From positions 1-64,000 of IMG/VR virus record IMGVR_UViG_3300037470_000569: a DNA stretch of 64,000 nucleotides; one strand, given 5' to 3'. Under the pieces are notes generated by a model, which was not told the origin of the DNA, did no database searches, and worked only from the letters and a program-made list of their open reading frames with translations. This document shows positions 38,901 through 47,514 of this stretch, piece by piece (the stretch's first letter is position 1; every line of letters begins with the position of its first letter). The position numbers and the translations under genes are program-made. Source of the stretch: a virus (lineage: Duplodnaviria; Caudoviricetes).

Positions 38901-39795
38901 CGGCGGTCTTCCGCATCACCGCTTCGAGCTCGGGTATGATCGCGTTCTTTACTTCGAGACGCCACGCTCGCTCGATGAGAACGAGTTCATCCAGTGTCAC
39001 TGATGCCGGGAAGATCGGCGCAATTGGTGTACTGGGTGGAGGCAATCCTTCAGGTAGCGGCTCAGTAGCAGCGGCAGTCAGTGATTCAGTGTTAACCGGC
39101 GGTAGGTTGTTACCCCGCATTAAAGGGTAATCGACTGACACCCCACCAAGCGCGAACCTGATGCGATCAAACTCGATGGATCCCTCAAGCTCCACCGCTT
39201 CATCGATGAAGTACTTAAGGTGCTCAACATCGTCGTATGCGAGACACATGTGAGCGACCCAGGGTAGGTGTTGCTGAGGCATCCCCCAAGCGCACTTCAC
39301 CGCGACCTGCGTGATGATGTCCTGGATGCGTTCATGTGCGAGCTCAATGCTCGCACCGCCGATTGCCAAGTTCAGACTTGGTTCATCGGTGGCATTCCAG
39401 ATACTCGCGCCAAACACCTGCCCCTCATACCACTCGCTGCTCTCAGTACTTAACTTCAATGCCCGGTGAAGTTCAGCTTGTACTTCACCCGGAATATCAT
39501 CTGAGTTGCCAAGATAAGCAAGCGTGACGTGTAGTGAATCGGGTGATTCACCGACATTCTCATCGCCGATCGCCCAGCGCTCAGAATCGACTGGAACGAG
39601 TGCGATCATCGCTCCGGTGTGCGGCTCACCGGTCGTCGAGTCGATCTGTGGAGGACCTTCAACTCCAGCCGCCGTCAGTGCTTGAGTAGTACCTACACGT
39701 ACCGCTCGACGCAACGCCTGCGAGACCAGCCGGTCGAGGCGTTCAATGAGTGTGTCTTGTTCTTCCTCAGTGAGACTTACATCAACACTCGGCAC
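35947..39795 (-). CDS. MuF-like head protein polyprotein: 2H-phosphoesterase + MuF (intein-split) + K/G/S linker + VIP2-like ADP-ribosyltransferase
   Basis: SLHVTLAYLG and VAHMCLAY; RATMIARTE…KKTWL/STRDKRTR..H…HTRVNCRC; FVNRGV, FMSTS, ENE. Confidence 0.88.
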   Translation of the reverse strand: MPSVDVSLTEEEQDTLIERLDRLVSQALRRAVRVGTTQALTAAGVEGPPQIDSTTGEPHTGAMIALVPVDSERWAIGDENVGESPDSLHVTLAYLGNSDDIPGEVQAELHRALKLSTESSEWYEGQVFGASIWNATDEPSLNLAIGGASIELAHERIQDIITQVAVKCAWGMPQQHLPWVAHMCLAYDDVEHLKYFIDEAVELEGSIEFDRIRFALGGVSVDYPLMRGNNLPPVNTESLTAAATEPLPEGLPPPSTPIAPIFPASVTLDELVLIERAWRLEVKNAIIPELEAVMRKTADRVLQEVSVRAPVLWSAEQPIAHAYLTRVENQLVGVGNDMWLRTRDELIVGMQSGESIPQLSARVKDVLETTNARATMIARTEVIGASNAGALQQVRLLPPEAQPSKKTWLCVTGDTKVWSPQPLEVVKRRRGPGVLIRIQTSRDILTVTPNHPILTTRGWISARDLSTSDYLVHYISTHSLDGVNITTNVTDFGLNPDVENEPPQIDEVFRTATDGLSSRRMMSTVVDLDVKPIECEVEVVELNGDLRSRLQAPFTQPSSDELFVLTDIELETLFNLSASSSLLQSQFEGSIGRSSSNTLTRNLTTLSIIELINRQSLHIRARSKSDPSFTEMPSNDTTVNTQSSSDTQATFSTQILLDEIVDIVKIDAGWHDVYDLTTECGWYVANGIVVHNSTRDKRTRLEHRVADGQTVPLDGKFTVDGEKLDYPGDPDASAHTRVNCRCAITWHFDTLTSSANPLVMFDRYVRDSQGKFAPKSGGGGGGGASAQSSGKKKLAPGKVDTKRLNASEAAELKDIEGQYANGAISEKEYKYKTYYVKVKASKRINKSGGAGGEGPGKPKVKSKKAPDTKPSSLGGLSPSEHAAAKSPGLKTGDKVGLPGGAEGEIVSEHGNFVKVKTDKGTVLYGKQVLTKKGVGGGESKSKGPEFKTGDKITTSSGSKGKVIGTASDDSVMVELEDGSAFIIKKNKLNRPSTPSSSSGPSSVGATPKKKLTAGKVKDEHYNVDEAKQQFFLDAQLKEGVLTPEQHKKKTNYLKYKVATRHNASAPGSSGGVKTGGGGVSSAVPGLHSNVPGVASSIPASIRQPNSLTRKTALKNADMLRKSSRSQIESDYKAKPNDAVLRAHKAYTGSGYTPMNRAARGQEVASPTTARNIKKMDEAFSVYGKKNNETLFVNRGVKGRYASDLGKLKPGETITEHGFMSTSTSKMTGNSFGSSGRRIEIAIPAGKTTIAGTDYENELIFPRNTQLKFIGKSEDGILQFDMI
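37720..38568 (-). mobile_element. intein (283 aa) in the MuF domain
   Basis: Starts CVTGDTKV (block A), has LTVTPNHPILT (block B) and VYDLTT (block F), ends GIVVHN before Ser+1. Confidence 0.92.
37783..38541 (+). CDS. putative homing endonuclease (HTH + Vsr/DUF559-type PD-(D/E)xK) encoded antisense inside the intein
   Basis: ATG at 37783 after AAGGT; HTH (GESCLSIGRRLGVNSGVVARHL); EQLIATWLRERG…YNLDLAL…IEIH…H…GWFVLYIW. Confidence 0.8.
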   Translation: MPARIDLNNVDDLIKQYLSGESCLSIGRRLGVNSGVVARHLREAGITLRSRSDMQRLTIDKLDDTKRSEIARKGVATRATNGTLKLTLEQRRRRAQIKESLEFNIGKYEQLIATWLRERGLQPRTQVAVEFYNLDLALDRLDIEIHHSAHHPSTRETVRRRTKHLIDLGWFVLYIWVKPEIGYIRGDVHAVQGVSTDIVDEIIRCAEISSADPTTRGQYRVIRGNGEDVTRGLNTYQYSRPTSSFHDLEWLR

Positions 39796-41584
39796 AATCG
39801 ACCTCGCCAGTCAGCAGACGCTGGAGGCTCGCACGATCGTATTCAGTCTCAGTATCAAGTAGGACGCGACAGTACTGCCCAAGATAACGCACGGTCAACA
39901 CTGGATCATAACCCACTTCACCCAGCGTCGACAGCGCATGTGAGAACACTCCATCCAGTGGGTCGGTTCGACTTCCACCCTTCAAGCGGTTACGTCCAAC
40001 CTCGAGTGCTCGCTTGACGTGACCCTCAAGAACAAGCAGTCGTGGGTCAAGACTCAAATTCTCAGGTGCGGATTCCTCATCCGGGTCATCGAATGTATCA
40101 GGCGGACCCTCGTCAGGATTCTCATCAGCAGGATCAGCTTCTTCACCATTCCCAGATGGAGCCGGTGATTCTGACACTGGGTCGATGACCTCAAGCTTGA
40201 GACCTAGACCCTCCATCGCCGCAGGAGCAAGCTGGGCATTCGAGAGCAACTTCTTATAAGCCCACGACGCTAGTTCTTCATCAGTGGGCATGTCCGACTC
40301 GGCGAACCCAAGCGTGCGACGAACCGAGTCTCCACCGATCTCGCCTCGATCATAGAGATCGAGCGTATGCTTCGTCTTATCAGGTCTGACGACAAGATCA
40401 GACGTGTCAGCCCAGATGACAATGCCCTCGGTATCGACACCCTGTGCCTCGAGCACTGGGTGTAGATATCCTCGTGTTAGGTCAGCGGTGAGCAGCTCCA
40501 GCATCGGGCGGGCGTGTACTGAAATCGCCGACTCTTCGATCTGCCAGGCATTCCAGTGACTGGTGTCGCCCATACCGAGGATGATCTCAGCGGGAATATC
40601 CAGTGCCGTGGCAACTCGACGTTGTGCTGAGATGCGCATGTCGAGTGAACGGTCGCTGAGATCGGTCGACCAGTTCAACAGCTTGAACTTATCGACGTGC
40701 TCAGCGGGAACCTCAACGGGAATAGGCACGATCTGTTCAGCAGTGCCAGGATTCTGCACCGCCCGCATCATGACCTGCATGACCTCGGTGACGAACGGGT
40801 GCTGCCCCGAGTTGGGTGAACCCGGCGTTGGGGCCGGTGCTGTTGGGAAGGTAGCTTCCTGCGGAAACACGAGTAGTCCAGCACCAGCGACGCGTGACAC
40901 AAGTGTCGCATCAATGTACTGGTTAATGCGACGAAGTTCTCTCAACGGACCAATCGCTGCATGAGCTGGGGAGTCGGGACGCCAGAACCAGCGGGGATGG
41001 GGTCGCCAGAACTTGACGACCATCGTCTGATCAGGCGGAAGGATTGCCCACTGCCCCTCGTCATACTGGAGCTCATACACCGGAGCGCTGACCGGAGTCG
41101 CCGGCGACTTGAGTCGGATGACATCCGAGCTGATGACTCCCCAGTTCGACCCCAGATGTGTCAGGTCCGCGAGACCTTCAGAGCCGACCAGATACCCCAG
41201 TCCGGGTACCGAAAGCTGTACAGTGAACGACCACAGCAGTTGTGACTGCCCACCGATGCCACCGGCGAGTTCCTCAACCGCATCCGCAGCCGGGCCATCA
41301 TCCAGCACCTCGGGTTCAGTATCACCCGTGATGATTCGTGCCGCACGCAAGCGCGCTTGTGAGAGGAGGTTCGCCATCCAGTTCACGCCAAACTTCAGCG
41401 CTTCACCATCAGGACCGTCGTAAAAGCTCCACGCTTCGTTCTGCCAATCAACCCGTTGTCTCGAAGGATCATCGAGTCGGGTACCCTGGAGTGGTCGTGA
41501 TGCGGCGATCAGTGAACCATCACGACTGGCGATGCGCGAACCTTCGGGCCCTGGGAGGATGACCACGTGTGGATCAAGCGTCAC
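39782..41584 (-). CDS. portal protein
   Basis: Between TerL and MuF; WQNEAWSFYD, EIILGMGDTSHWNAWQIEE motifs of actinophage portals. Confidence 0.82.
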   Translation of the reverse strand: MTLDPHVVILPGPEGSRIASRDGSLIAASRPLQGTRLDDPSRQRVDWQNEAWSFYDGPDGEALKFGVNWMANLLSQARLRAARIITGDTEPEVLDDGPAADAVEELAGGIGGQSQLLWSFTVQLSVPGLGYLVGSEGLADLTHLGSNWGVISSDVIRLKSPATPVSAPVYELQYDEGQWAILPPDQTMVVKFWRPHPRWFWRPDSPAHAAIGPLRELRRINQYIDATLVSRVAGAGLLVFPQEATFPTAPAPTPGSPNSGQHPFVTEVMQVMMRAVQNPGTAEQIVPIPVEVPAEHVDKFKLLNWSTDLSDRSLDMRISAQRRVATALDIPAEIILGMGDTSHWNAWQIEESAISVHARPMLELLTADLTRGYLHPVLEAQGVDTEGIVIWADTSDLVVRPDKTKHTLDLYDRGEIGGDSVRRTLGFAESDMPTDEELASWAYKKLLSNAQLAPAAMEGLGLKLEVIDPVSESPAPSGNGEEADPADENPDEGPPDTFDDPDEESAPENLSLDPRLLVLEGHVKRALEVGRNRLKGGSRTDPLDGVFSHALSTLGEVGYDPVLTVRYLGQYCRVLLDTETEYDRASLQRLLTGEVDCAEC

Positions 41585-41901
41585 GAGACAACCCGCTGTG
41601 CAAAGCGTGTGCGCACCCAGTGGATGAATTGATATATCTCACCGAACATACCAACGACGAATGCATCCGCAAAGATAAGCAGCACTGGTGCGCGCAATTC
41701 CACATTAAAGACCAACGACCACAGCACAACTCCCGCCGACACCCACATGCCAGTGCACCACCAACACGCAAGCAGATACCTAATCGTCGTGCCTGCGTGC
41801 GTTAGGACACGTTCTCGTACCCATTCGACCGGCGGTAGCTGTGACTCGATGACAACGTAAGTGAGGTAGGCCGCACTCAGTGCCGTGAGCAGCTCTCTCA
41901 A
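41581..41901 (-). CDS. DUF1360-like membrane protein
   Basis: YLLACWWCTGMWVS motif with hydrophobic helices. Confidence 0.75.
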   Translation of the reverse strand: MRELLTALSAAYLTYVVIESQLPPVEWVRERVLTHAGTTIRYLLACWWCTGMWVSAGVVLWSLVFNVELRAPVLLIFADAFVVGMFGEIYQFIHWVRTRFAQRVVS

Positions 41902-43454
41902 CTTGAGACTCCTCGCTCTCTAAGCAGCGATTCTAGCAGTGCAACTTCATCGACTGCAGCGTCCCGTGGAATGGCGTCATCCAGTGACGCGGTGCGTGCG
42001 GGCAGGTGCACCTCAAACAGGTCTCCCTCCCAGTATGCCATGAGCAGCGCGTCCGCACGATCCGGGCTTCGACCCAGGCGTGCGTTGACGAGCATCTTAG
42101 GTTCGATCTTGATGCGGCCACGCGAGTCGATGATATCATAGTGCGACTCTGTCAGTTCCTGAAGGACCTCATCACTGATTTCCCATAGGTCCCAGCGCTG
42201 AGTTCTCGCAAGTTCACGCCCGTTCCAGTGCATCTCAGCACGCTTATTGAGGAACCGTACCCGGTTACGTTGCGTAGGTGCCTCAGCAGCATTGAACGGT
42301 ATCACGACCGCTGCGTGAAGTGTGTCAGGCATCGTCGGTTCGTGGAACCGGGATAGCTCGCGGAGTCGACCATACACCCCCCAGCCGAGGCCGATCACAT
42401 CAATGATCAAGCGTTCGGTCTCCCACTCGTTGAGGACCTCAGCGAGTTGCCCCACCAGCTTCATCGGGTCAGACTCATTCCACGTCCGCTCACGACCAGC
42501 TCGCGGACCGATACGTTCACGAAGCACCGTGAGGTCTCCACCGCCACCAACATCCAGGCCGGCGCATCGTGCACCCGCGGCCGGAAGCTCAATGAATCGA
42601 CAGGCACTAGCCCAGGAGAATGGAATGACGCCTACATCGGCGTCCGTCGGGAATTGACCTTTGATCTTCGATGTGAAGAGTGCCGAGCCTTCGCCCCACG
42701 CCAGCTTCTTCTCCTCAACCCACACCGGTGAGATGAGCGACTCCGACACAAGGTCTGACACCGGCTCACCTGTGAAGTTCGGTGTATGTTCGGCGCCGAT
42801 GTGAATGACTCTCCAGCCTGAGCCGGGGCGACATACTCGAGCGAACTCGCCATGTGCGTTGTCCGGGTTGCCAATGGCAAGGATTCGCGAATGCTCATTG
42901 GCCGTGAGTGTTGAGCCAGCATCCCAAAGAGTCTTCTTCACACCGCACGCTTCATCCAGAATCACGAGGACATAGCGCGCGTGGATACCCTGGAACGCCT
43001 CCTCGGCGTAGTCCGCCGGCTTTCGGCCCAGGGCGATTAGCTCATTACCGACATACCACTCAGTGAGGTTCATGCGACCGATGAGCTCTCCACGCACATG
43101 GAGTCGGTTCATCTCCCGCCAGAGAATGGCACGAACCTGAGTGTTCGTCGGGGCGGTCGTGACAACGAACGCTTCACCGATCGGATGAGTGGCGATCCAC
43201 CACACTGCAGTCGAAGCGGCAGTCATCGACTTTCCGGCTTCGTGACATGAATGAACCGCCGTCTCCCGGTTGTCACGCACCGATTCGATGATCTCGCACT
43301 GCTTCGACCAAAGTTGAATGTTCAACTTCTCATCGCACCAGCGGGCCGGATCTCGACGATACACCGCGTCCGGCGGTTGAAGCATGTCGAGAGCTTCGGC
43401 GAAGGCATCCTGAATCAGGTCGCCGTCATCGCCTTCGTCCCACAAACTCCTCAC
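41898..43454 (-). CDS. terL: terminase large subunit
   Basis: Walker A SCHEAGKS, Walker B VILDEA, AIGNP coupling motif, GLDVG, GRSPDRADAL nuclease motifs. Confidence 0.95.
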   Translation of the reverse strand: MRSLWDEGDDGDLIQDAFAEALDMLQPPDAVYRRDPARWCDEKLNIQLWSKQCEIIESVRDNRETAVHSCHEAGKSMTAASTAVWWIATHPIGEAFVVTTAPTNTQVRAILWREMNRLHVRGELIGRMNLTEWYVGNELIALGRKPADYAEEAFQGIHARYVLVILDEACGVKKTLWDAGSTLTANEHSRILAIGNPDNAHGEFARVCRPGSGWRVIHIGAEHTPNFTGEPVSDLVSESLISPVWVEEKKLAWGEGSALFTSKIKGQFPTDADVGVIPFSWASACRFIELPAAGARCAGLDVGGGGDLTVLRERIGPRAGRERTWNESDPMKLVGQLAEVLNEWETERLIIDVIGLGWGVYGRLRELSRFHEPTMPDTLHAAVVIPFNAAEAPTQRNRVRFLNKRAEMHWNGRELARTQRWDLWEISDEVLQELTESHYDIIDSRGRIKIEPKMLVNARLGRSPDRADALLMAYWEGDLFEVHLPARTASLDDAIPRDAAVDEVALLESLLRERGVSS

Positions 43455-43463
43455 ATATGTATT

Positions 43464-43646
43464 CTACAGGTGAGGTGAAAAGATCGGTGTAAACCGAGAG
43501 TTAGGTGGATAAAGGCGATTCCACGGTTGTGACGTAAAGAACCACTTATTACCTACAGAACGAGGAGACCACAACCACCCGTGGAACTTCAACACAGTCG
43601 TCTCATGAGCTTCAACATCGAACTCGCGGGCTTCGTTGTACGTCAC
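43464..43646 (-). CDS. hypothetical protein (60 aa)
   Basis: GTGA coupling with the upstream ORF. Confidence 0.45.
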   Translation of the reverse strand: MTYNEAREFDVEAHETTVLKFHGWLWSPRSVGNKWFFTSQPWNRLYPPNSRFTPIFSPHL

Positions 43647-43879
43647 TTAGACCGATTCTTAGGACGTTGCCGACGTGCTCCCGCATCAGTCATCTTATTC
43701 TGCTCAGTTCTTGCCCTCTCAGCGTTTGCACTCTGACGAACCACGTTGGCGTTATGTTCCTTGACATTGCCCATCCGCCTGAACTCACGCACAGCATCGA
43801 GTTCTCGGATCTCAGCGAGACGATCCAAGTCTCGCTCACGCTGCGTCTTCTTCTTCTCTACTTTTCTTCGGACAACCAT
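43643..43879 (-). CDS. hypothetical basic protein (78 aa)
   Basis: GAGGA ribosome-binding site; R/K/E-rich. Confidence 0.55.
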   Translation of the reverse strand: MVVRRKVEKKKTQRERDLDRLAEIRELDAVREFRRMGNVKEHNANVVRQSANAERARTEQNKMTDAGARRQRPKNRSK

Positions 43880-44172
43880 CGACTCACCGTCCTCGTCCGA
43901 ATGTGGAAGATACCCTGCTTTATCCCCATCTCATCACACTCTTCTAGCCACTCACGCGCTTCAGCTTCGGGCCACGGACCTCGATGCTGTGTGCCATCCT
44001 TAAAGAAGATAGCCCACTCAGTGTCGAGTGTCGCATCCTCAGTAAGTTGATCAATGTATGCCTCTAAGACCGCATTGATTTCGGGAATAGTCAACACACG
44101 ATTTGAAGGATTCGCTGCCGCCCGCTTTACTTTCACAGCATTGTAAAGCTGAATAGCCGATGGGGTGTTCAA
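43858..44172 (-). CDS. hypothetical protein (104 aa)
   Basis: GGAG ribosome-binding site upstream. Confidence 0.65.
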   Translation of the reverse strand: MNTPSAIQLYNAVKVKRAAANPSNRVLTIPEINAVLEAYIDQLTEDATLDTEWAIFFKDGTQHRGPWPEAEAREWLEECDEMGIKQGIFHIRTRTVSRWLSEEK

Positions 44173-44179
44173 AGCTCCA

Positions 44180-44566
44180 TCACCATTTCCTGTGTGTCAA
44201 TCGGTAGAAGAATCCCTGCTCTGCACGGTGTGCATTATGCTCGTTCTTCGCGTGCTGCTCCAGGGTACGGAAACCACCTTGCACAACCTGTGAACGAAAC
44301 GCTTGCTCACGTTGCTGCTGAAGCCGACTCGTCTGGTAATAGTTCACTCGCTGAGCATATGCATCAGCCTCACGGTTCTGTCGCTGAACCTCCTGTGCGA
44401 CTTGTGCGGCATATGAAATCTGCTGACTGATGGCGTGCTGGACATGAGCACGATGTATGTCATCGGCGTTTGCTCGAGCGTGCGCAGCAAGGTGTGGCTG
44501 ATTCTGTGCGACACGTGTTTGGGCTGCTTGATCACGGTGCCACTGGGTGAGCTCATCAGGCGTCAC
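44180..44566 (-). CDS. Gln/Ala-rich hypothetical protein
   Basis: AGGAGAG upstream; helical Q/A/H-rich sequence. Confidence 0.6.
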   Translation of the reverse strand: MTPDELTQWHRDQAAQTRVAQNQPHLAAHARANADDIHRAHVQHAISQQISYAAQVAQEVQRQNREADAYAQRVNYYQTSRLQQQREQAFRSQVVQGGFRTLEQHAKNEHNAHRAEQGFFYRLTHRKW

Positions 44567-44747
44567 AAGTATGCTCTCCTTACTTACGACTTCCAGTACC
44601 TATATCTCCGACGTAGTGATAGCACAGCACAGCCAAACATCGAGACGCGTTGTGGACGAGAGGATGCACTTACTGTAGTGCTCGCGAAGTTCTGCCATGC
44701 GGCCGTGTCCGCAGCCCAGTCATCCTCATCCATCTGGATGTCAGTGT

Positions 44748-45302
44748 TCATGTGAAGCTTCCTTCAATCGTACTGGGTACGTGGATCCGATTCTCGAGTC
44801 CACGCCACCACCGCGCGATCTCAGCATCACTCTCAGCTCGGAAGAAGCGACCGTAGTAATCTCCCCTCGCGTCAGCGATAAGTACTGACTCATCCGTACG
44901 CCAGCTTTCCCACTCACGCGTTTCTCGATCCTTGACGCTCTCACCCCCCACCTCACTCATGGACCAAGCAGTGAAGGCCACGACCAGAAGTAACATGGCT
45001 CTCCAGCCAACATCAGCCAGGAACCGAACCTGTCCCGCTCGGACTCTCCAGGGGCTGAGTGACACGGGTCGAACGCCCCAGATCCGCTCATGAAGACTCA
45101 TCGAAGGCGTGTTCCTCGAGAAACGACGCCACAAGTTAGCGCAGAAGTTGTGCACCATGACCCACAGCTTAATCGCTCGAATCTTGAGAAACGACGGCAC
45201 CGGTTCGCTCAATGGCACCGTAGGAATGGATGTAAGCTGCATGGTGTCGGTCCATGAGTGACCGAAACTCTCTTCACACAAGAAGGATCTAACAGCCTGC
45301 AT
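44748..45302 (-). CDS. hypothetical membrane protein
   Basis: One hydrophobic helix (AMLLLVVAFTAW); GGAGAG upstream. Confidence 0.5.
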   Translation of the reverse strand: MQAVRSFLCEESFGHSWTDTMQLTSIPTVPLSEPVPSFLKIRAIKLWVMVHNFCANLWRRFSRNTPSMSLHERIWGVRPVSLSPWRVRAGQVRFLADVGWRAMLLLVVAFTAWSMSEVGGESVKDRETREWESWRTDESVLIADARGDYYGRFFRAESDAEIARWWRGLENRIHVPSTIEGSFT

Positions 45303-45316
45303 ACGCTCTCTCCCAG

Positions 45317-45577
45317 TTAGTCGATTGTGAGTGTCACCGCGATGTTCTTCAAAGAGAACATCCCACCACCACTCGCCACCGTGGCATTTAGAGAAACCTC
45401 ATTCATTGAACGCGGCGGCTTCGTCGGAATCGAAAGCAGCTCCACCAGTCGTTCAAACGAGCGCTTATCCAGTATGATAGCGACGTACTGACCGTTTGAC
45501 TGGACGTGACCTTGCACCGCGTGTCTAATTCGCCGCTCAGCTTGGCCATCGTCTGAGAGCTCCATGACATCAGTCAT
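45317..45577 (-). CDS. hypothetical protein (86 aa)
   Basis: Coupled to the MerR-like gene. Confidence 0.55.
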   Translation of the reverse strand: MTDVMELSDDGQAERRIRHAVQGHVQSNGQYVAIILDKRSFERLVELLSIPTKPPRSMNEVSLNATVASGGGMFSLKNIAVTLTID

Positions 45578-45918
45578 CTATTCATCCCAACGTCGATGAT
45601 GATCGTAATTGACGGAACGCGCTTGATCTCAATGCGGTCAACGCCTGCTCGAATTTGATCCGAGATCTCCCGCAGCAGCGTCATTCCAGCACCGAGACGA
45701 GTGTCGGCACTCCACGCAGCCGACACTTGGCCGAATGTGCGCATCACAATGATATCTTCCTGAGTAAACATTCGTCTTGTGCCACCACTGCCAGGCGCTC
45801 GTCGGTTTTCACCGAAGAGTCCTTGCCGACACCAATGGTCGACCTGCCGATAAGTAACTCCCGCCTCGACAGCAGCCTGCTTGCTAGATAGGCTTTCATA
45901 TGTCTCATTTACTAACAC
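45574..45918 (-). CDS. MerR-like helix-turn-helix DNA-binding protein
   Basis: SSKQAAVEAGVTYRQVDHWCRQGL…GSGGTRRMFTQEDI. Confidence 0.85.
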   Translation of the reverse strand: MLVNETYESLSSKQAAVEAGVTYRQVDHWCRQGLFGENRRAPGSGGTRRMFTQEDIIVMRTFGQVSAAWSADTRLGAGMTLLREISDQIRAGVDRIEIKRVPSITIIIDVGMNR

Positions 45919-45980
45919 TTGATTTACCGTAACACGTTTGACGGATCAGAGCAATAGTAAACATGAAGAAGAACTCGGTG

Positions 45981-46487
45981 TTACATCGGGTGAGCCTCGG
46001 TCTCAGCAATCGCCGGGCCCGCGAGCTTCAGCTGTCGGTCACGATCGGCGAGTTCGGTCTGAAGATCAATGATGTCAGACTTAAGCATAGTGATATCTTC
46101 ATTGACTCTCGCTGCATCATCAGGACGACCGAGCTCAATTAAGAGTGCCATCTCAACACGAGCTCGGGATAGCTGTCCCCGAGTCTGCAACAGTGCCCGA
46201 GTCTTCTCGACCGTGAGAGCATTATTCACCAAATCGTGCACAACATCTAGTCGCACGGATGTTCGATGCGCTTCGTCAGCAATCAAAGCTTGACTCTCAC
46301 GCTGAGCGATTGCTTCAGCCCTGGCGTCGGCAGCCACTTTGTCAGTGCGTGCCCAGGTCTCGTGAGCTTCATTTCGTCGCGCCCATCCTGTAATCAGAAT
46401 GGCTCCGACCGTAGATGCACTGCCAATCAACGATGTGATCAATGATACCAGCACGGCGTCCGACATACGACAACGGTAGCACGTCAA
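45981..46487 (-). CDS. membrane-anchored coiled-coil protein
   Basis: N-terminal transmembrane helix (AVLVSLITSLIGSASTVGAILITG) followed by heptad-like repeats. Confidence 0.7.
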   Translation of the reverse strand: MTCYRCRMSDAVLVSLITSLIGSASTVGAILITGWARRNEAHETWARTDKVAADARAEAIAQRESQALIADEAHRTSVRLDVVHDLVNNALTVEKTRALLQTRGQLSRARVEMALLIELGRPDDAARVNEDITMLKSDIIDLQTELADRDRQLKLAGPAIAETEAHPM

Positions 46488-46520
46488 ACACCGACGCTAC
46501 CCCCGCTCAGTACGCCCGAG

Positions 46521-46673
46521 TCACCTTCGACTAGGGCCGTCGAGCGGTCCTGACCAGTCGATCTGCCAGTCGTGCTCGAGCCACCAGACGAAGTCGTCAA
46601 ATGAGGACATGGCGATCGCACAAACCAGTATCCAAGTCCAGAACACAATCCACGCGTTCACATACACTGTCAT
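46521..46673 (-). CDS. small membrane protein (50 aa, not in the track)
   Basis: ATGA overlap with the upstream stop; MTVYVNAWIVFWTWILVCAIA. Confidence 0.5.
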   Translation of the reverse strand: MTVYVNAWIVFWTWILVCAIAMSSFDDFVWWLEHDWQIDWSGPLDGPSRR

Positions 46674-47164
46674 GTCATCCTCGGGATTTGAGGCGTCGAG
46701 CCGTTGCCGTTCGAACGGGAACTTACCGAGCGACGCAGCGACTCCAGCAACGCCTCACGCTGCCCTTCGGCGAGAGCGACCTTGGGATCATCCAATGCCT
46801 CACGCATCGCCTCGAAGATGGTCTGCCCGTGAAGCTTCGCTAGCTGGACGTACCGTTCCGCGACGCCAACTTGCACAGCGGTCTTACACACCGCATCCAG
46901 CAACTTCCGCTCACGGTCGTAGCGCCGCAGGAGTGGGCCGTCATTCGAAGGGTAGCGGTTCCCCTCATCATCGGTGAACCCACCTTCGAAGAGGTTATTC
47001 AACTCCGGCTCTTCGGCAATTCGCTCTCGAAGATATGCGACGTGACCCGCCCGCCACTGCACTTCGTCAAGGAGGATGCGATATGGGTTGACGTCGATGC
47101 GTCGCCCATACGTTCTTCCATCGACGCGCAATCTCGCGGCATCCCAGCCCAGGTCCGTGCTCAT
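46670..47164 (-). CDS. terminase small subunit-like helical protein
   Basis: VNPYRILLDEVQWRAGHVAYLRERIAE…YDRERKLL..VCKTAVQVGVAERYV pattern resembling actinophage TerS C-terminal regions. Confidence 0.55.
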   Translation of the reverse strand: MSTDLGWDAARLRVDGRTYGRRIDVNPYRILLDEVQWRAGHVAYLRERIAEEPELNNLFEGGFTDDEGNRYPSNDGPLLRRYDRERKLLDAVCKTAVQVGVAERYVQLAKLHGQTIFEAMREALDDPKVALAEGQREALLESLRRSVSSRSNGNGSTPQIPRMT

Positions 47165-47514
47165 GATTGCGATCGTAGCCGCTCAAGGTCCTCAACCGTT
47201 CGCACGCCCAACTTACGACGGGCTGCGACCGTCATGACCTTGCGCTGCACTTGCTTCTTCGAGGTGAACGTGCGCTGTTTCCAAGCATCATCCGAGTGTC
47301 TCCAGCAATACTCTTCACCTGGGAACGCCGGCTCACGACACCGCAAGCTGCGTTCACCGTGAGTGCAACGCTCCAGTCCTGAAGCGTTCTCCCAGGGGAT
47401 CGTCTCAAGTAACTGGGCATGTAATCGTAAAAGCTCCGAGGTCAGTACATCGGGACGCCTACGCCGTTTACGGACGCGGCTTGAAGCGGTGACCGGTGGT
47501 GAACCAGACATCAT
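47161..47514 (-). CDS. Cys/His finger protein (HGGxSTG-like domain)
   Basis: C-x7-C-x9-C-x2-H pattern (CTHGERSLRCREPAFPGEEYCWRH); coupled to the TerS-like gene. Confidence 0.5.
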   Translation of the reverse strand: MMSGSPPVTASSRVRKRRRRPDVLTSELLRLHAQLLETIPWENASGLERCTHGERSLRCREPAFPGEEYCWRHSDDAWKQRTFTSKKQVQRKVMTVAARRKLGVRTVEDLERLRSQS

